Part shown: positions 1 through 9,785 of the stretch, in pieces
How the letters are laid out: each line of letters opens with the position of its first letter
Numbering within the stretch: the stretch's first letter is position 1
Assembly: GCA_046047495.1 (NCBI GenBank)
Contig: JBJOHV010000018.1
Location: forward strand, 46,048 to 110,047
Length of the DNA: 64,000 bases
Source: Pseudomonadota bacterium
GTDB taxonomy: Bacteria; Pseudomonadota; Gammaproteobacteria; Pseudomonadales; Pseudohongiellaceae
Direction: 5' to 3'
Notes under the pieces: generated by a model
Database searches by the model: none
Told to the model about the DNA's origin: nothing
Seen by the model: the letters and a program-made list of their open reading frames with translations, nothing else
Program-made: the position numbers and the translations under genes

Positions 1-810
1 TCAACCCACTTGTTAGCCCTGCCGCGTAGCAACACCCTGCGGTCCTTGCCATTGTTACGCTCCCTGACGGCCGAGGATGGTCTACCCAGTCCTAGCGGCA
101 GTCCGGAGGGCGATCGGGTGGAAATCCGTCCCTACGTACCAGGTGATTCGGTACGCAATATCATGTGGAAAGTCTACGCACGTACCCGGGAATTGAATGT
201 GAGACTACCGGAAAGGAGCGTCTTCCACAGTAATCGCACCCTTGCCTACCTCCTGTCTGGGCCAGACGACGAGGCGGCCGCAGCCGTGGCGCGTGTGGCG
301 GTGGAATCCGGGGTACTAGGTGATGATTGGGCTTTTTCAGCCGATGGGACTGAAACACCGTGCTCTGAGGTCCGTGAAGCATTGGAAGCCATCGCAGGAT
401 CCCGTGCAATCGACACACCATACGCCTACGGCCTGGACAATTTTCTGACCGCCTCTGCGGCGCAGGGAGGTACCCATTGCATAGTGTTTGCCGCAGCAAA
501 AGCCGGCCCGTGGATCGGCGCCCTCAAACAGACTATTGGCCGTTATAAAGGGCGCTTTTCACTGGTTCTTGCCACCGATGGCTTTGTCGAAGACCAGGAC
601 ATGAAACTTTGGCAACGCTTGGTATTTCGTGACGCTGAAATCAATTCGCAACCTGTAGGTGTGGGCATGTGGATGGCAGGGAATTCCCAACAAACACCGC
701 GTGCCGACCTCACCCGCTTGTTGACCGAGGTAGGGCAGCTTGTAGAATCCACCCTGGTGGTGGACAGATCCACTGGCCACAGTTTCGATCAACGATTACG
801 CAAGGTGTAA
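1..810 (+). CDS. DUF58 domain protein (5' partial, frame open to window edge)
   Basis: The motif 'VEIRPYVPGDSVRNIMWKVYAR' fits the DUF58 R-x-Y-x-x-GD signature. It lies only about 40 aa into the visible ORF, so the N-terminus is outside the window. The MoxR/transglutaminase neighbourhood is consistent. Confidence 0.75.
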   Translation, partial: STHLLALPRSNTLRSLPLLRSLTAEDGLPSPSGSPEGDRVEIRPYVPGDSVRNIMWKVYARTRELNVRLPERSVFHSNRTLAYLLSGPDDEAAAAVARVAVESGVLGDDWAFSADGTETPCSEVREALEAIAGSRAIDTPYAYGLDNFLTASAAQGGTHCIVFAAAKAGPWIGALKQTIGRYKGRFSLVLATDGFVEDQDMKLWQRLVFRDAEINSQPVGVGMWMAGNSQQTPRADLTRLLTEVGQLVESTLVVDRSTGHSFDQRLRKV

Positions 811-813
811 CGC

Positions 814-2952
814 GTGCATTCATTACCCAATCACCCTCAGCAACATTTCCTGCCGACCAGCCTGCGGGCCAGCATCATCGCATCAGGGTATTGGGTACTC
901 AGCCTTTCAGTAACAGGGCTCAGCGGTTCAGTTGCTTCATTCATCGGGTGTCTGGCTGGCTGTTACCTCGTGGATGGCCTGATCCACCGCCGCCCTTTGC
1001 AGCAAGTCAGGACAATCGTACTTGTTGGTGCATGTTTGCTGTTGATCATCGCGGGGGGCCTGGCTGCCCGATGGCTCACTGCCAGCAACTGGCTTGCCAG
1101 TATGCTCACCCCCATCGGCAGCTATAACACGGCTGAAGCCGTTCAGTGGTTGCTGGTTTGTGGTGGCGTGACAATCATCATGCGCACTTTGGCCCAACGC
1201 ACCACATTCGGGTCCTTCCTTGAAATTGTCTTCGTTGCGGCAGCATTTGTAATCACGTTGGCCGCCCACCGCAATGGAATGATCCATCGGCCCTATTTTG
1301 TCGGCGATTTCGCTCTGATGCGCGGCATCGACCCTGCGTCAATCCTGATGGCCATGGGTTGCGGTGCCGTGCTCAGCCTGGCGGCACTATTGATGATTGA
1401 ACACAACCATCGACGACTCCCTTACCATTTTGCCGTCCTGGGCTTGTTATGTTTTTCCCTGTTGCTGTATGTCCAGTTTTTTGGGCTACCCACCCCATCG
1501 TATACCGATGATCTGGGACTCACAGGACAGGAGCAATCACGTGGCCAGGATGACAATCCCTTCAAAGATGGCGAAAACAACGCCGAAAGCCTTCAGGCTC
1601 CAGTAGCAATCGTCCTGTTCCGAGACGATTACGAGCCGATCAGCGGTTCCTATTATTTTCGCGAAACAGCCTATTCACAGTGGAACGGGCAACTTTTGGA
1701 TGAGACTTTACGCAGTGATATGGACCAGGACCTTGCAGGTCATTTCACAAACTCCCGGATAGAATTGACTGAGCAGGTATTGGGACAGGGTGAACGCAAG
1801 CTGGTACGCACCAGTATCGGCATGCTGACACCCCACCGAACACCTTTTGGCCTGGACAGCCCTGTGGCATTTGAAAGCACGCCGAATCCTAACAACCTTC
1901 GCTTTAAGCGCACCTACGACGTTGAATCGATGGTTCCGGAGTTTTCCTTCGACGATCTCCTGGGTCGTTCTATTGGATCTGCCCTGTGGAGTCCCGATAT
2001 TTGGCAAGAATATCTTAAACTTCCTGATGACCCACGTTACGAACAGCTGGCCACCGAGTTATTGCAGGGACTCAGACCCGAGTTTCGCGACGACCCTTTC
2101 GCCCGGGCTTATGCCATCAAAAGTTATCTTGATGAGAATGGCATCTACAGCCTCAAGAATGAGCATGCCTTTGCACAGGACCCAGCCGCTTCATTTTTGT
2201 TTGGGGACTTGACAGGCTATTGCATGCATTTCGCTTTCGCTGCCACCTATCTCTACCGCAGCATAGGTATTCCGGCGCGCGTGGGCATAGGTTATTCAGT
2301 CCCAGCCAGCAACAGAGCCGGCGGGTCCGCATTGCTGGTACAGGCCATCCACGGACATGCCTGGCCAGAGGTCTATTTTGAGGATTTGGGGTGGGTAATC
2401 ATCGATCCTGCCCCCCGCCAGACACTGGTTGACATGACCACGGACCCGCAGAACGGGTTGCAGCAGATGCTGGGTGATATGCTGCGCAATGACGCGGCGT
2501 TTGAGGAATTCCTGGACGCTCAATCAAGCTCCGGAATTCCGTTGCAACTCATATTGAATGCACTCTACTCCATGGTAGCTGGAGCACTGGTAGTCGGTTA
2601 TCTGGTAAAAGCCTACCGGACACTGATAGTTCAGTTTGCTGGCAATACCAACATCTACCGATTGAGCTACCGCGCCAATTTGGACAGATTGGCTGCAATG
2701 GGCTTTCGTCGACGAATCGGGGAGAGCCGGGAATCATTCGCCAGACGTGTCGGCAATATTTCTCCCTCATTCAAGCACCTGACTGACAATCATCTGCAGT
2801 GCGCTCTTGGCAGAGTAAATCCCCATCCGCTAGCAACGGCTGAGTGGAGGGAAATGTCACACAAGGTGAGGGATGAGTTACGGAGTAACATTCCACTATG
2901 GAAACGGTTACTAGCCACCCTCAACCCTTACCCGTGGCTGTTGGTGCGGTAA
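814..2952 (+). CDS. TgpA-like transglutaminase-domain inner-membrane protein
   Basis: Multi-TM N-terminal third. The transglutaminase core Cys is in 'LTGYCMHFAFAATYLYRSIGIPARV' and His/Asp in 'HGHAWPEVYFEDLGWVIIDP'. A further TM segment lies C-terminal. GTG start 4 nt after the DUF58 stop. Confidence 0.8.
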   Translation: MHSLPNHPQQHFLPTSLRASIIASGYWVLSLSVTGLSGSVASFIGCLAGCYLVDGLIHRRPLQQVRTIVLVGACLLLIIAGGLAARWLTASNWLASMLTPIGSYNTAEAVQWLLVCGGVTIIMRTLAQRTTFGSFLEIVFVAAAFVITLAAHRNGMIHRPYFVGDFALMRGIDPASILMAMGCGAVLSLAALLMIEHNHRRLPYHFAVLGLLCFSLLLYVQFFGLPTPSYTDDLGLTGQEQSRGQDDNPFKDGENNAESLQAPVAIVLFRDDYEPISGSYYFRETAYSQWNGQLLDETLRSDMDQDLAGHFTNSRIELTEQVLGQGERKLVRTSIGMLTPHRTPFGLDSPVAFESTPNPNNLRFKRTYDVESMVPEFSFDDLLGRSIGSALWSPDIWQEYLKLPDDPRYEQLATELLQGLRPEFRDDPFARAYAIKSYLDENGIYSLKNEHAFAQDPAASFLFGDLTGYCMHFAFAATYLYRSIGIPARVGIGYSVPASNRAGGSALLVQAIHGHAWPEVYFEDLGWVIIDPAPRQTLVDMTTDPQNGLQQMLGDMLRNDAAFEEFLDAQSSSGIPLQLILNALYSMVAGALVVGYLVKAYRTLIVQFAGNTNIYRLSYRANLDRLAAMGFRRRIGESRESFARRVGNISPSFKHLTDNHLQCALGRVNPHPLATAEWREMSHKVRDELRSNIPLWKRLLATLNPYPWLLVR

Positions 2953-2990
2953 CACATTAGTTCAACTCGCCTCAGGATCTGGAGAACTCT

Positions 2991-4055
2991 ATGACATCCG
3001 ACGCATTTCCCAACAGCCCTGCATTGTCGGGTACGGAATCTACCCAGCATGCTTCGGATATCGCGGATGCACTGCGGACCCTACTGCGATTGCGCGATGC
3101 AGTAAAACAACACGTGCTTGGCAGAGACAAGGTAATCGATCTGGCAATAATCGCCTTACTCGCTGACGGGCATGTACTGTTGGAGGACTTTCCAGGTTCA
3201 GGCAAAACCACTCTTGCCAAAGCACTTGGTGAAGCGATCGTCACCGATGACAAAAACGTCGATGCCAGTATTATGCCCTTCAGGAGAATTCAGTTCACGC
3301 CTGACCTGCTCCCATCGGACGTGACTGGTGTCCCCGTTTTTGACAGTAACAGCAACGCGTTCCATTTCCGCCATGGCCCCCTGTTCGCTCACGTTGTATT
3401 GGCCGACGAGATCAATCGCACCTCTCCCAAAGTACAGTCAGCCATGCTGGAAGCAATGGGGGAAAAGCAGGTAACCGTTGACAATGTCACCTACCCACTG
3501 GATAAACTTTTTTTCGTGATTGCCACTCAGAACCCCCTGGACCTGATCGGCACCTACCCACTCCCCACCCCGCAGCTGGACCGGTTTCTGTTCAAGATCA
3601 CGATGCAGCACATTGACCGGCAGGCCGAGCTTGAAGTACTGGAAACCTGGCAGCAGCGCCGGGACAGACCTCCTGAGCAACGCATCTCAGTTTCCCGCGG
3701 GGATGTCTTGAGCGCTCGCTCTGCCATTGATCAGGGAGTCCACATCAGCCCGGCAGTGAAGGCGGCACTGGTGGATATATCAAGAAATATCCGAGAGGAC
3801 GACCGGGTGTTGCAGGGAAATTCGACCCGCAGCATGGTGCTGTTGTTACCTGCTTTACAGGTACATGCTGCACTGGATGGTCGGGATTATGTAAGCGCAA
3901 CAGACATTGAGGCACTACTGCCATTTGCACTTGCTCATCGGGTGGAGCTCGCTCCAGGCGTTGCCGATTTCAGCAAGATACTGCAAGACAGCATGCGTGA
4001 GCCCTTGGAGAAACTGGCAAGGAGCACATTGACCAAGTGGCCGACTGCGAATTGA
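2991..4055 (+). CDS. MoxR-family AAA+ ATPase
   Basis: Walker A 'FPGSGKTTLAKALG'. Walker B and sensor region 'VVLADEINRTSPKVQSAMLEAMGEKQVTV' and 'FFVIATQNPLD'. Size of about 350 aa is typical of MoxR. Confidence 0.9.
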   Translation: MTSDAFPNSPALSGTESTQHASDIADALRTLLRLRDAVKQHVLGRDKVIDLAIIALLADGHVLLEDFPGSGKTTLAKALGEAIVTDDKNVDASIMPFRRIQFTPDLLPSDVTGVPVFDSNSNAFHFRHGPLFAHVVLADEINRTSPKVQSAMLEAMGEKQVTVDNVTYPLDKLFFVIATQNPLDLIGTYPLPTPQLDRFLFKITMQHIDRQAELEVLETWQQRRDRPPEQRISVSRGDVLSARSAIDQGVHISPAVKAALVDISRNIREDDRVLQGNSTRSMVLLLPALQVHAALDGRDYVSATDIEALLPFALAHRVELAPGVADFSKILQDSMREPLEKLARSTLTKWPTAN

Positions 4056-6118
4056 GTATTTCCTACTGTAATCTACGACGCTTGATCCGATGCATCGCTG
4101 TCGCAATATTATATTGCTGGACTCCATTGACGGTAGCACAACAATCCGATGCCGAGATTGATGCTCTATTGGATGCGGCGGAAGACACCGCAATACCGGC
4201 ACCACTTTGTTTCGGCATACGGGAAATAACAGATTCCAGGGCCGTTTCCATCTGCGACGCCCTGTACCTCAACGAAAATGTCAAGGCCAGGGAGCTTGCC
4301 GACAATTGGGTCCGCATGGAACCGGATCATCCGGGTGCACAATTCGCTCTCGCCGAGGTTATGTTCTCAGTTGAGGCAAATCTTCCACGCGCTCTATACC
4401 ATCTTAACCTAGCTGAAAGCTTGACCAATTACTCATCCCTGGGACGTGCTTTGGCTTCAGGATTTCTCGAGTGGCACTATTTGACACTCTCACAGCTGTC
4501 TTATGTCCATCAATTGATGGGCGATCAGGTCGCCGCTCTCAGCTACCTGGAGAAACTGGAGTCCATATACGGACAGGATGTTGAATCGTTCCGCGGTTGG
4601 CCACTCATCAAGTTGAAGGAGTATGAAGCAGCAAGGGCGAGCGCCAATCTCGTATTGCAGGAAAGTGATGACGAAAGAGCCAGGGCGCGGGCATGGAACA
4701 CGCTATGCGCGGTTGAGCTGGCAAGCCTGCAACCCAAAGGTTCATTAGTATCGTGTGATCGGGCCATCGATGAGGATGAAGATATCGCCGCTATTGAAAA
4801 TGATTCAGATACAGTCTATTTGGTTAATGCCTCGGAAGTGTCACTAAGCTTACTGAAGATTGAGGAGGCCGAAGCTTTTCTGGATCGCGCCGCCAGATTC
4901 CCAAATCCTGAAAGCGTTGCCAATCCTTGGGTGTATAAGCTGTACTTAACCATGAATCAGGGTCGCTTGGATGAAGCACGCCAGGCACTGGATAGTATGT
5001 TGTTGTGGCGTGAAAATCAGGTTCCCGTGGTAGGCGTAATGAATCGTGCGGAGCACTTACTTGCCGCTGCCATGTTCCTGGTACTTTCCGGATACGGGGA
5101 AGATGCCGCTCGACTTGCGACCACTGCCATGAACGAGCCAGACAGAAATGGTTCTTTTAGTGCTGATGACGACCAGAAGGATGCTCTCGCAGCCCTGGTA
5201 ACCATGATTGCTCACAAGACAGCCTATCAAGCCGCATTGGAGGCTTCCTCCTCACTTGGCTTCTTGCAACGAAGCAAGGCAAGGCTGATGTCCCAGGGCT
5301 TAAGAATATCAGCATGGCGCGCGGAAAGACGGGCTGCTTCGCTGTTTGCGGACCAGTCTCTCATGTTGAATCGGTTTCGGCCCTACGCACCGCTTGACGT
5401 GCATATTCCTGAGTGGGTGGAACACGAGCTTATCAGTCTCATGGGTACAGGAATCAGCTCTCAACTATTGGATCAGGCGCGCAGCCAGGGCGCCTTCCTG
5501 CTCAATGAGGGCTACTTTCACGCCTATGCTACGGAAGTCAGTTTTCTGCGCGGCGATCACCCTGGGGTTTTGGAGAACGGCTTATTGTCACTGCCGATAC
5601 TTCCCGAGCAGGAAGTGCTCCTGCGCGCCCGATTGCAGGCCCGCATGGCGGATGCGAGCCTTAAGACCGGTCAGATAGATACTGCCCTCCAACATTTCGA
5701 ATCCGCGCTTCAACTTGACCCAGGGATCATCCGTAGATTGGGCACATCAATCCCCGTGAGCTTTAGAGATGATGGATCACGGGACTCCAGGGAACTTGTT
5801 AATGGACTGCGACGATCACCACGATTTCAGGAAATCACAGATGGATTCCCCCTCGAGGTGCGAATGAAACCGGAACCAACCGCGTGTCTGTATAATAAAA
5901 CCGGTCGCACGCTTGGGTGCTACACCTTGGATCCTACCGAAAGCGTTTCTGGACTGACTTTACTCGATCAAATGATCGCGGGCCTTCACAGACAGTTATT
6001 CACGCCAGGCTACGAGCTCAGCGAAGCCCAAATCGCACTCCTGCTTGGGTCCAGCGTCATAATGAGCGCCCAGCAGGAGCGCAATCGTCAACGAGACGAA
6101 CTGACGGTTCTGCAGTGA
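4037..6118 (+). CDS. Hypothetical helical-repeat (TPR-like) protein with a signal-like N-terminus
   Basis: 693-aa ORF that overlaps the moxR 3' end by 19 nt. Hydrophobic N-terminal segment 'CIAVAILYCWTPLTVAQQ'. Ala/Leu-rich repetitive helical composition. I recognise no family, and the start codon is uncertain. Confidence 0.5.
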   Translation: MADCELSISYCNLRRLIRCIAVAILYCWTPLTVAQQSDAEIDALLDAAEDTAIPAPLCFGIREITDSRAVSICDALYLNENVKARELADNWVRMEPDHPGAQFALAEVMFSVEANLPRALYHLNLAESLTNYSSLGRALASGFLEWHYLTLSQLSYVHQLMGDQVAALSYLEKLESIYGQDVESFRGWPLIKLKEYEAARASANLVLQESDDERARARAWNTLCAVELASLQPKGSLVSCDRAIDEDEDIAAIENDSDTVYLVNASEVSLSLLKIEEAEAFLDRAARFPNPESVANPWVYKLYLTMNQGRLDEARQALDSMLLWRENQVPVVGVMNRAEHLLAAAMFLVLSGYGEDAARLATTAMNEPDRNGSFSADDDQKDALAALVTMIAHKTAYQAALEASSSLGFLQRSKARLMSQGLRISAWRAERRAASLFADQSLMLNRFRPYAPLDVHIPEWVEHELISLMGTGISSQLLDQARSQGAFLLNEGYFHAYATEVSFLRGDHPGVLENGLLSLPILPEQEVLLRARLQARMADASLKTGQIDTALQHFESALQLDPGIIRRLGTSIPVSFRDDGSRDSRELVNGLRRSPRFQEITDGFPLEVRMKPEPTACLYNKTGRTLGCYTLDPTESVSGLTLLDQMIAGLHRQLFTPGYELSEAQIALLLGSSVIMSAQQERNRQRDELTVLQ

Positions 6119-7323
6119 GCGCCAAAACAGATACCGCACCTGGAACGCTTTCCACTGGCGTCATCATCATGCTTTCCGTGGTTTCAGCTCTGGGTCCAGC
6201 GGCGATGCAAATTCTACTGCCCGCATTGCCAGTTATACGGGAAATTTTCCAAGTCAGTACTGGGACAGCACAGCTGACTCTCAGCCTCTCCATGCTCTCG
6301 ATTGCTGTTGCTACGCTTGTATATGGCCCACTCTCGGACCGCTTTGGACGTAAGCCGATAATGCTGATCGGATTGATGGTGACGTTGGCTGGATCTGCAT
6401 TTTGTATTGTTGCACCCAGTATTGAATTGCTGATCCTGGGACGGATCATCCAGGCCTTTGGTGGTGCAGTGGGCCTAGTCTTGGCCAGAGCCATAGTACG
6501 TGATGTGTACGGGCCCGCGGAGTCTGCCCGGATCATTTCCACTCTGGTAATGGTAATGGTGGTGATCCCAATGCTGTCTCCAGCGCTTGGCGGCGAACTG
6601 ATGGTAGACTTCGGATGGCGATCAGTATTTATCGTGATTGGATTTCTCAGCTTTGCAATGTTCGTTCTAATGAATCTGCGCCTGACAGAATCCCTGGAGT
6701 CCCCAGTTCCCTTTGGGGGAGTGAGGGATATGCTGACTACTTACATGAGCCTTTTCCGTTCACGCATTTTTTGTGGGTACGCATTCTGTGTGGCTTTTGT
6801 CTCTGTTGTATTTTTTAGCTTTATTTCTGCAGCACCAGAGATCATGGTTTCAGCTTTAAGCAGGCCGGCAACAGAGTATGGATATTACTTCATAATGATT
6901 CCGGCAGGATTCATGGCAGGCAACTATGTTTCCAGACGATTCGGTAATCGTCTTGGAATTTATCGCATGATCGACTACGGCTCTCGCGTAGCACTCAGCG
7001 GTATCGTGGTCGCATTATTACTTCAACTATTTGGGGTACGCCATCCCCTGGCATTGTTTGCGCCGGTTGCTGTGGCAATCTTCGGAAACGGTGTGACACT
7101 ACCAAATGCCCAGGCCGGTGCTATCAATGAATTCCCCAGGACTGCAGGTAGCGCCTCTGGCCTGACAGGCTTTCTGCAAATGTCGCTTTCTGCATTGGCG
7201 GCACAGACCGTTGCCATAGTATTTAACGGGACAGCATTCCCGCTATTGATTCTAATGCTTATTGCGTCGACAGCTTCAATGATGGCTTTTCGGTTTGGTG
7301 TTGCCAAACCAAGCCTAAAGTAG
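6115..7323 (+). CDS. MFS transporter, Bcr/CflA-type drug resistance family
   Basis: 12-TM-like hydrophobic profile. 'LGPAAMQILLPALPVIREIF' and 'GPLSDRFGRKPIML' are typical Bcr/CflA N-terminal motifs. The track ORF starts at 5917 inside the upstream gene. Realistic starts are GTG 6115 (GTGA overlap with the upstream stop) or ATG 6169. Confidence 0.8.
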   Translation: MSAKTDTAPGTLSTGVIIMLSVVSALGPAAMQILLPALPVIREIFQVSTGTAQLTLSLSMLSIAVATLVYGPLSDRFGRKPIMLIGLMVTLAGSAFCIVAPSIELLILGRIIQAFGGAVGLVLARAIVRDVYGPAESARIISTLVMVMVVIPMLSPALGGELMVDFGWRSVFIVIGFLSFAMFVLMNLRLTESLESPVPFGGVRDMLTTYMSLFRSRIFCGYAFCVAFVSVVFFSFISAAPEIMVSALSRPATEYGYYFIMIPAGFMAGNYVSRRFGNRLGIYRMIDYGSRVALSGIVVALLLQLFGVRHPLALFAPVAVAIFGNGVTLPNAQAGAINEFPRTAGSASGLTGFLQMSLSALAAQTVAIVFNGTAFPLLILMLIASTASMMAFRFGVAKPSLK

Positions 7324-7340
7324 CGGCGTGCCCAGCCAAG

Positions 7341-8780
7341 TCACCCGGTAAGTAATGAGAGCTGAGCATGCAGATCATCACCATTGTCGAGACATCGCAG
7401 ATCCAGAAACACAGCGCCATCATGCAATCTTCCCAGCACCGGAATCGGTAACTGTCGGAGTGATGTGGCCAAAGCCATTAAATTACCTTGGCCTTCAAAC
7501 TCACTTTGAATCGGACGCAGGCACAATGCCCAGCTGGGCAATAGCTCTGTTGGGAGCGCCCCACTGCCTATTTGGCTCTGACAGGGCTCTAGAGTCACAT
7601 TGATCATACCTCCAATTGCTGCCTGCACAGCGGGCAATAATTGGTCTCCGACGGCTTTGATTTCATCACTACGACGTAGCAAGGTTCTGAGTACAGGCAA
7701 AGTCTCTGGAAGCTCATCAGGCTTTCTGTACAGCATCAGCACTGCCCTAAGAGCTGCCATTGTAAGCTTGTCTACGCGAAGTGCTCGCTTCAACGGATTG
7801 GCATTTATTCTCTCCAGTAAGTCCCTGCGCCCAACGATCAAACCTGACTGAGGTCCTCCAAGCAATTTGTCTCCACTGAAAGTCACGATATCGGCCCCTT
7901 GGGCGAGTACCGCAGCAACAGTCGACTCCGTGGGTAATCCAAAACGCTTCAGATCTACAAGAGCCCCACTTCCCAAGTCTACAATTAACGGTATCCGGGC
8001 ACTTCGAGCCAACTCTGATAACTCTGGCACGGAAACCGAACTGGAGTATCCTTGTATTACGTAATTGCTTGTATGCACCTTAAGCAAGGCTGTCGTCCTA
8101 TCACCGATGGCCTTGAAATAGTCCCGAACATAGGTTCTGTTGGTAGTTCCAACTTCAATCAAAACGCAACCCGCACTGGCCATGATATCAGGGATGCGAA
8201 ATGACCCGCCTATTTCCACCAATTCGCCTCTGGAGATGGGTACCTCACTGTCCTTTGCCAGAGTATTCATGACCAGCAATACAGCCGCCGCATTATTATT
8301 TACCACGGTTGCACTCTCGGCTCCTGTAAGTTCAATCAACAGATCGAGCACATGCAGGTCTCTGTCACCACGACTACCGCTGGTAAGATCAAACTCCAAC
8401 GCATGAGAATGAGCGGCAACCTGGTTCATTGCAGAAATCGCTGCATCCGGCAGTAGTGATCTTCCCAAATTGGTGTGAATACTCGTTCCAGTGAGATTAA
8501 AAACTGGCTTCATGGAATTCAGGTGTTTTTCTTCCACCAATGTCATAATCTCCCTAGATATATGGGGAATCTGCGCAATATGGCCGGATTGCCATTGATG
8601 CAATTCCGGAGATAGTCGCCCATTGATTATTCTATCTCGCCATTTCGCCAGCACGGTACGTGCCGCCGCAACAACAGCTGGTTTTCCATATTTATCGATA
8701 GCTCCCACTAGCTCAGATCGCCTCAGGAGAAGATCTACCGCAGGCAAAGTCTTTAGGAGATCTGTTTGACTATCGTCCAT
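7341..8780 (-). CDS. selA: L-seryl-tRNA(Sec) selenium transferase
   Basis: Colinear with E. coli SelA as I recall it: 'LPAVDLLLR', 'VFNLTGTSIHTNLGRS', 'NNNAAAVLL', 'SRGELVEIGGSFRIPD', 'TFSGDKLLGGPQSGLIVG' (PLP lysine region) and 'LDLRCL'. Confidence 0.9.
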   Translation of the reverse strand: MDDSQTDLLKTLPAVDLLLRRSELVGAIDKYGKPAVVAAARTVLAKWRDRIINGRLSPELHQWQSGHIAQIPHISREIMTLVEEKHLNSMKPVFNLTGTSIHTNLGRSLLPDAAISAMNQVAAHSHALEFDLTSGSRGDRDLHVLDLLIELTGAESATVVNNNAAAVLLVMNTLAKDSEVPISRGELVEIGGSFRIPDIMASAGCVLIEVGTTNRTYVRDYFKAIGDRTTALLKVHTSNYVIQGYSSSVSVPELSELARSARIPLIVDLGSGALVDLKRFGLPTESTVAAVLAQGADIVTFSGDKLLGGPQSGLIVGRRDLLERINANPLKRALRVDKLTMAALRAVLMLYRKPDELPETLPVLRTLLRRSDEIKAVGDQLLPAVQAAIGGMINVTLEPCQSQIGSGALPTELLPSWALCLRPIQSEFEGQGNLMALATSLRQLPIPVLGRLHDGAVFLDLRCLDNGDDLHAQLSLLTG

Positions 8781-8826
8781 AATTGGCTCATTTTACAAAT
8801 TTCGCAATTCCAGGTTCTACACCACT

Positions 8827-9777
8827 ATGCTATCAACAAAGAAAAAGACTCCATTACTGATAGTCAATGACTTCCATAGCGATACTGTAGCCAAACTTGA
8901 TGCCTCCTTTAAGACGTACAAATTGTGGAAGCTGAGCCCGCAAGCCCAGCATGATCTGATCAAAAGCATCGAGAACCAATGTATGGCGGTGGCTACGGCC
9001 TCATGGTCAACGAATCCCATAATTTACGAATTACCACATTTAAAAATTATTTCATGTTTCGGCGTTGGGGTGGATGCTATCAATTTTGATATTACTCGCA
9101 AAAGATCAATTGCAGTTACGAATACGCCTGGTGTTTTAAATGATGCGGTTGCTGACATGGCTATTGCACTAATTCTGATGTGCCAACGTGATCTTATAAA
9201 TGCCAACGACTATGTAAGGGATGGTAAATGGCCGACAGGAGCGTTTCCTTTTGGCCATAGTCTAGCCGGAAAAACTCTTGGAATATTAGGCCTTGGAGCA
9301 ATAGGTAACGCCATCGCAGTCCGAGCGCAATCTTTCAAGCTGAATATCGCATACCATAACCGAAATCAAAAGGATGTACCCTACAAGTACTACGCGTCCA
9401 TTCTTGAGTTAGCCAATTCTTGCGACATCCTTTTAAATGTTCTTCCTGGTGGTCGCGATACAAGGCGTTTAATTGGCATGCAGGTTTTTCAGGCACTCGG
9501 ATCCAGCGGTGTTTTCATCAATATCGGAAGGGGTACGACAGTTGACGAAAAAGCCTTAGAGGCAGCGCTTTTAAATGGGGTAATTGCAGCGGCTGGTCTC
9601 GATGTATATGAAAATGAACCGCATGTCTCTATAGCTCTTAGACAAATGAAAAATGCTGTGTTGCTCCCCCATATCGGTAGCGCAACAGTTGAAACACGTC
9701 AGTCAATGGGACAGTTGGTACTAGATAATCTTCTGGCTTGGGAGCGCGGTGAATCGCTGATATCGCCTGTTCTCTGA
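8827..9777 (+). CDS. D-isomer-specific 2-hydroxyacid dehydrogenase (glyoxylate/hydroxypyruvate reductase-like)
   Basis: NAD-binding 'GKTLGILGLGAIGNAIAVRA'. Catalytic region 'INIGRGTTVDE' and 'LLPHIGSATVETR'. Length 316 aa. Confidence 0.85.
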   Translation: MLSTKKKTPLLIVNDFHSDTVAKLDASFKTYKLWKLSPQAQHDLIKSIENQCMAVATASWSTNPIIYELPHLKIISCFGVGVDAINFDITRKRSIAVTNTPGVLNDAVADMAIALILMCQRDLINANDYVRDGKWPTGAFPFGHSLAGKTLGILGLGAIGNAIAVRAQSFKLNIAYHNRNQKDVPYKYYASILELANSCDILLNVLPGGRDTRRLIGMQVFQALGSSGVFINIGRGTTVDEKALEAALLNGVIAAAGLDVYENEPHVSIALRQMKNAVLLPHIGSATVETRQSMGQLVLDNLLAWERGESLISPVL

Positions 9778-9785
9778 GGCCGCCT

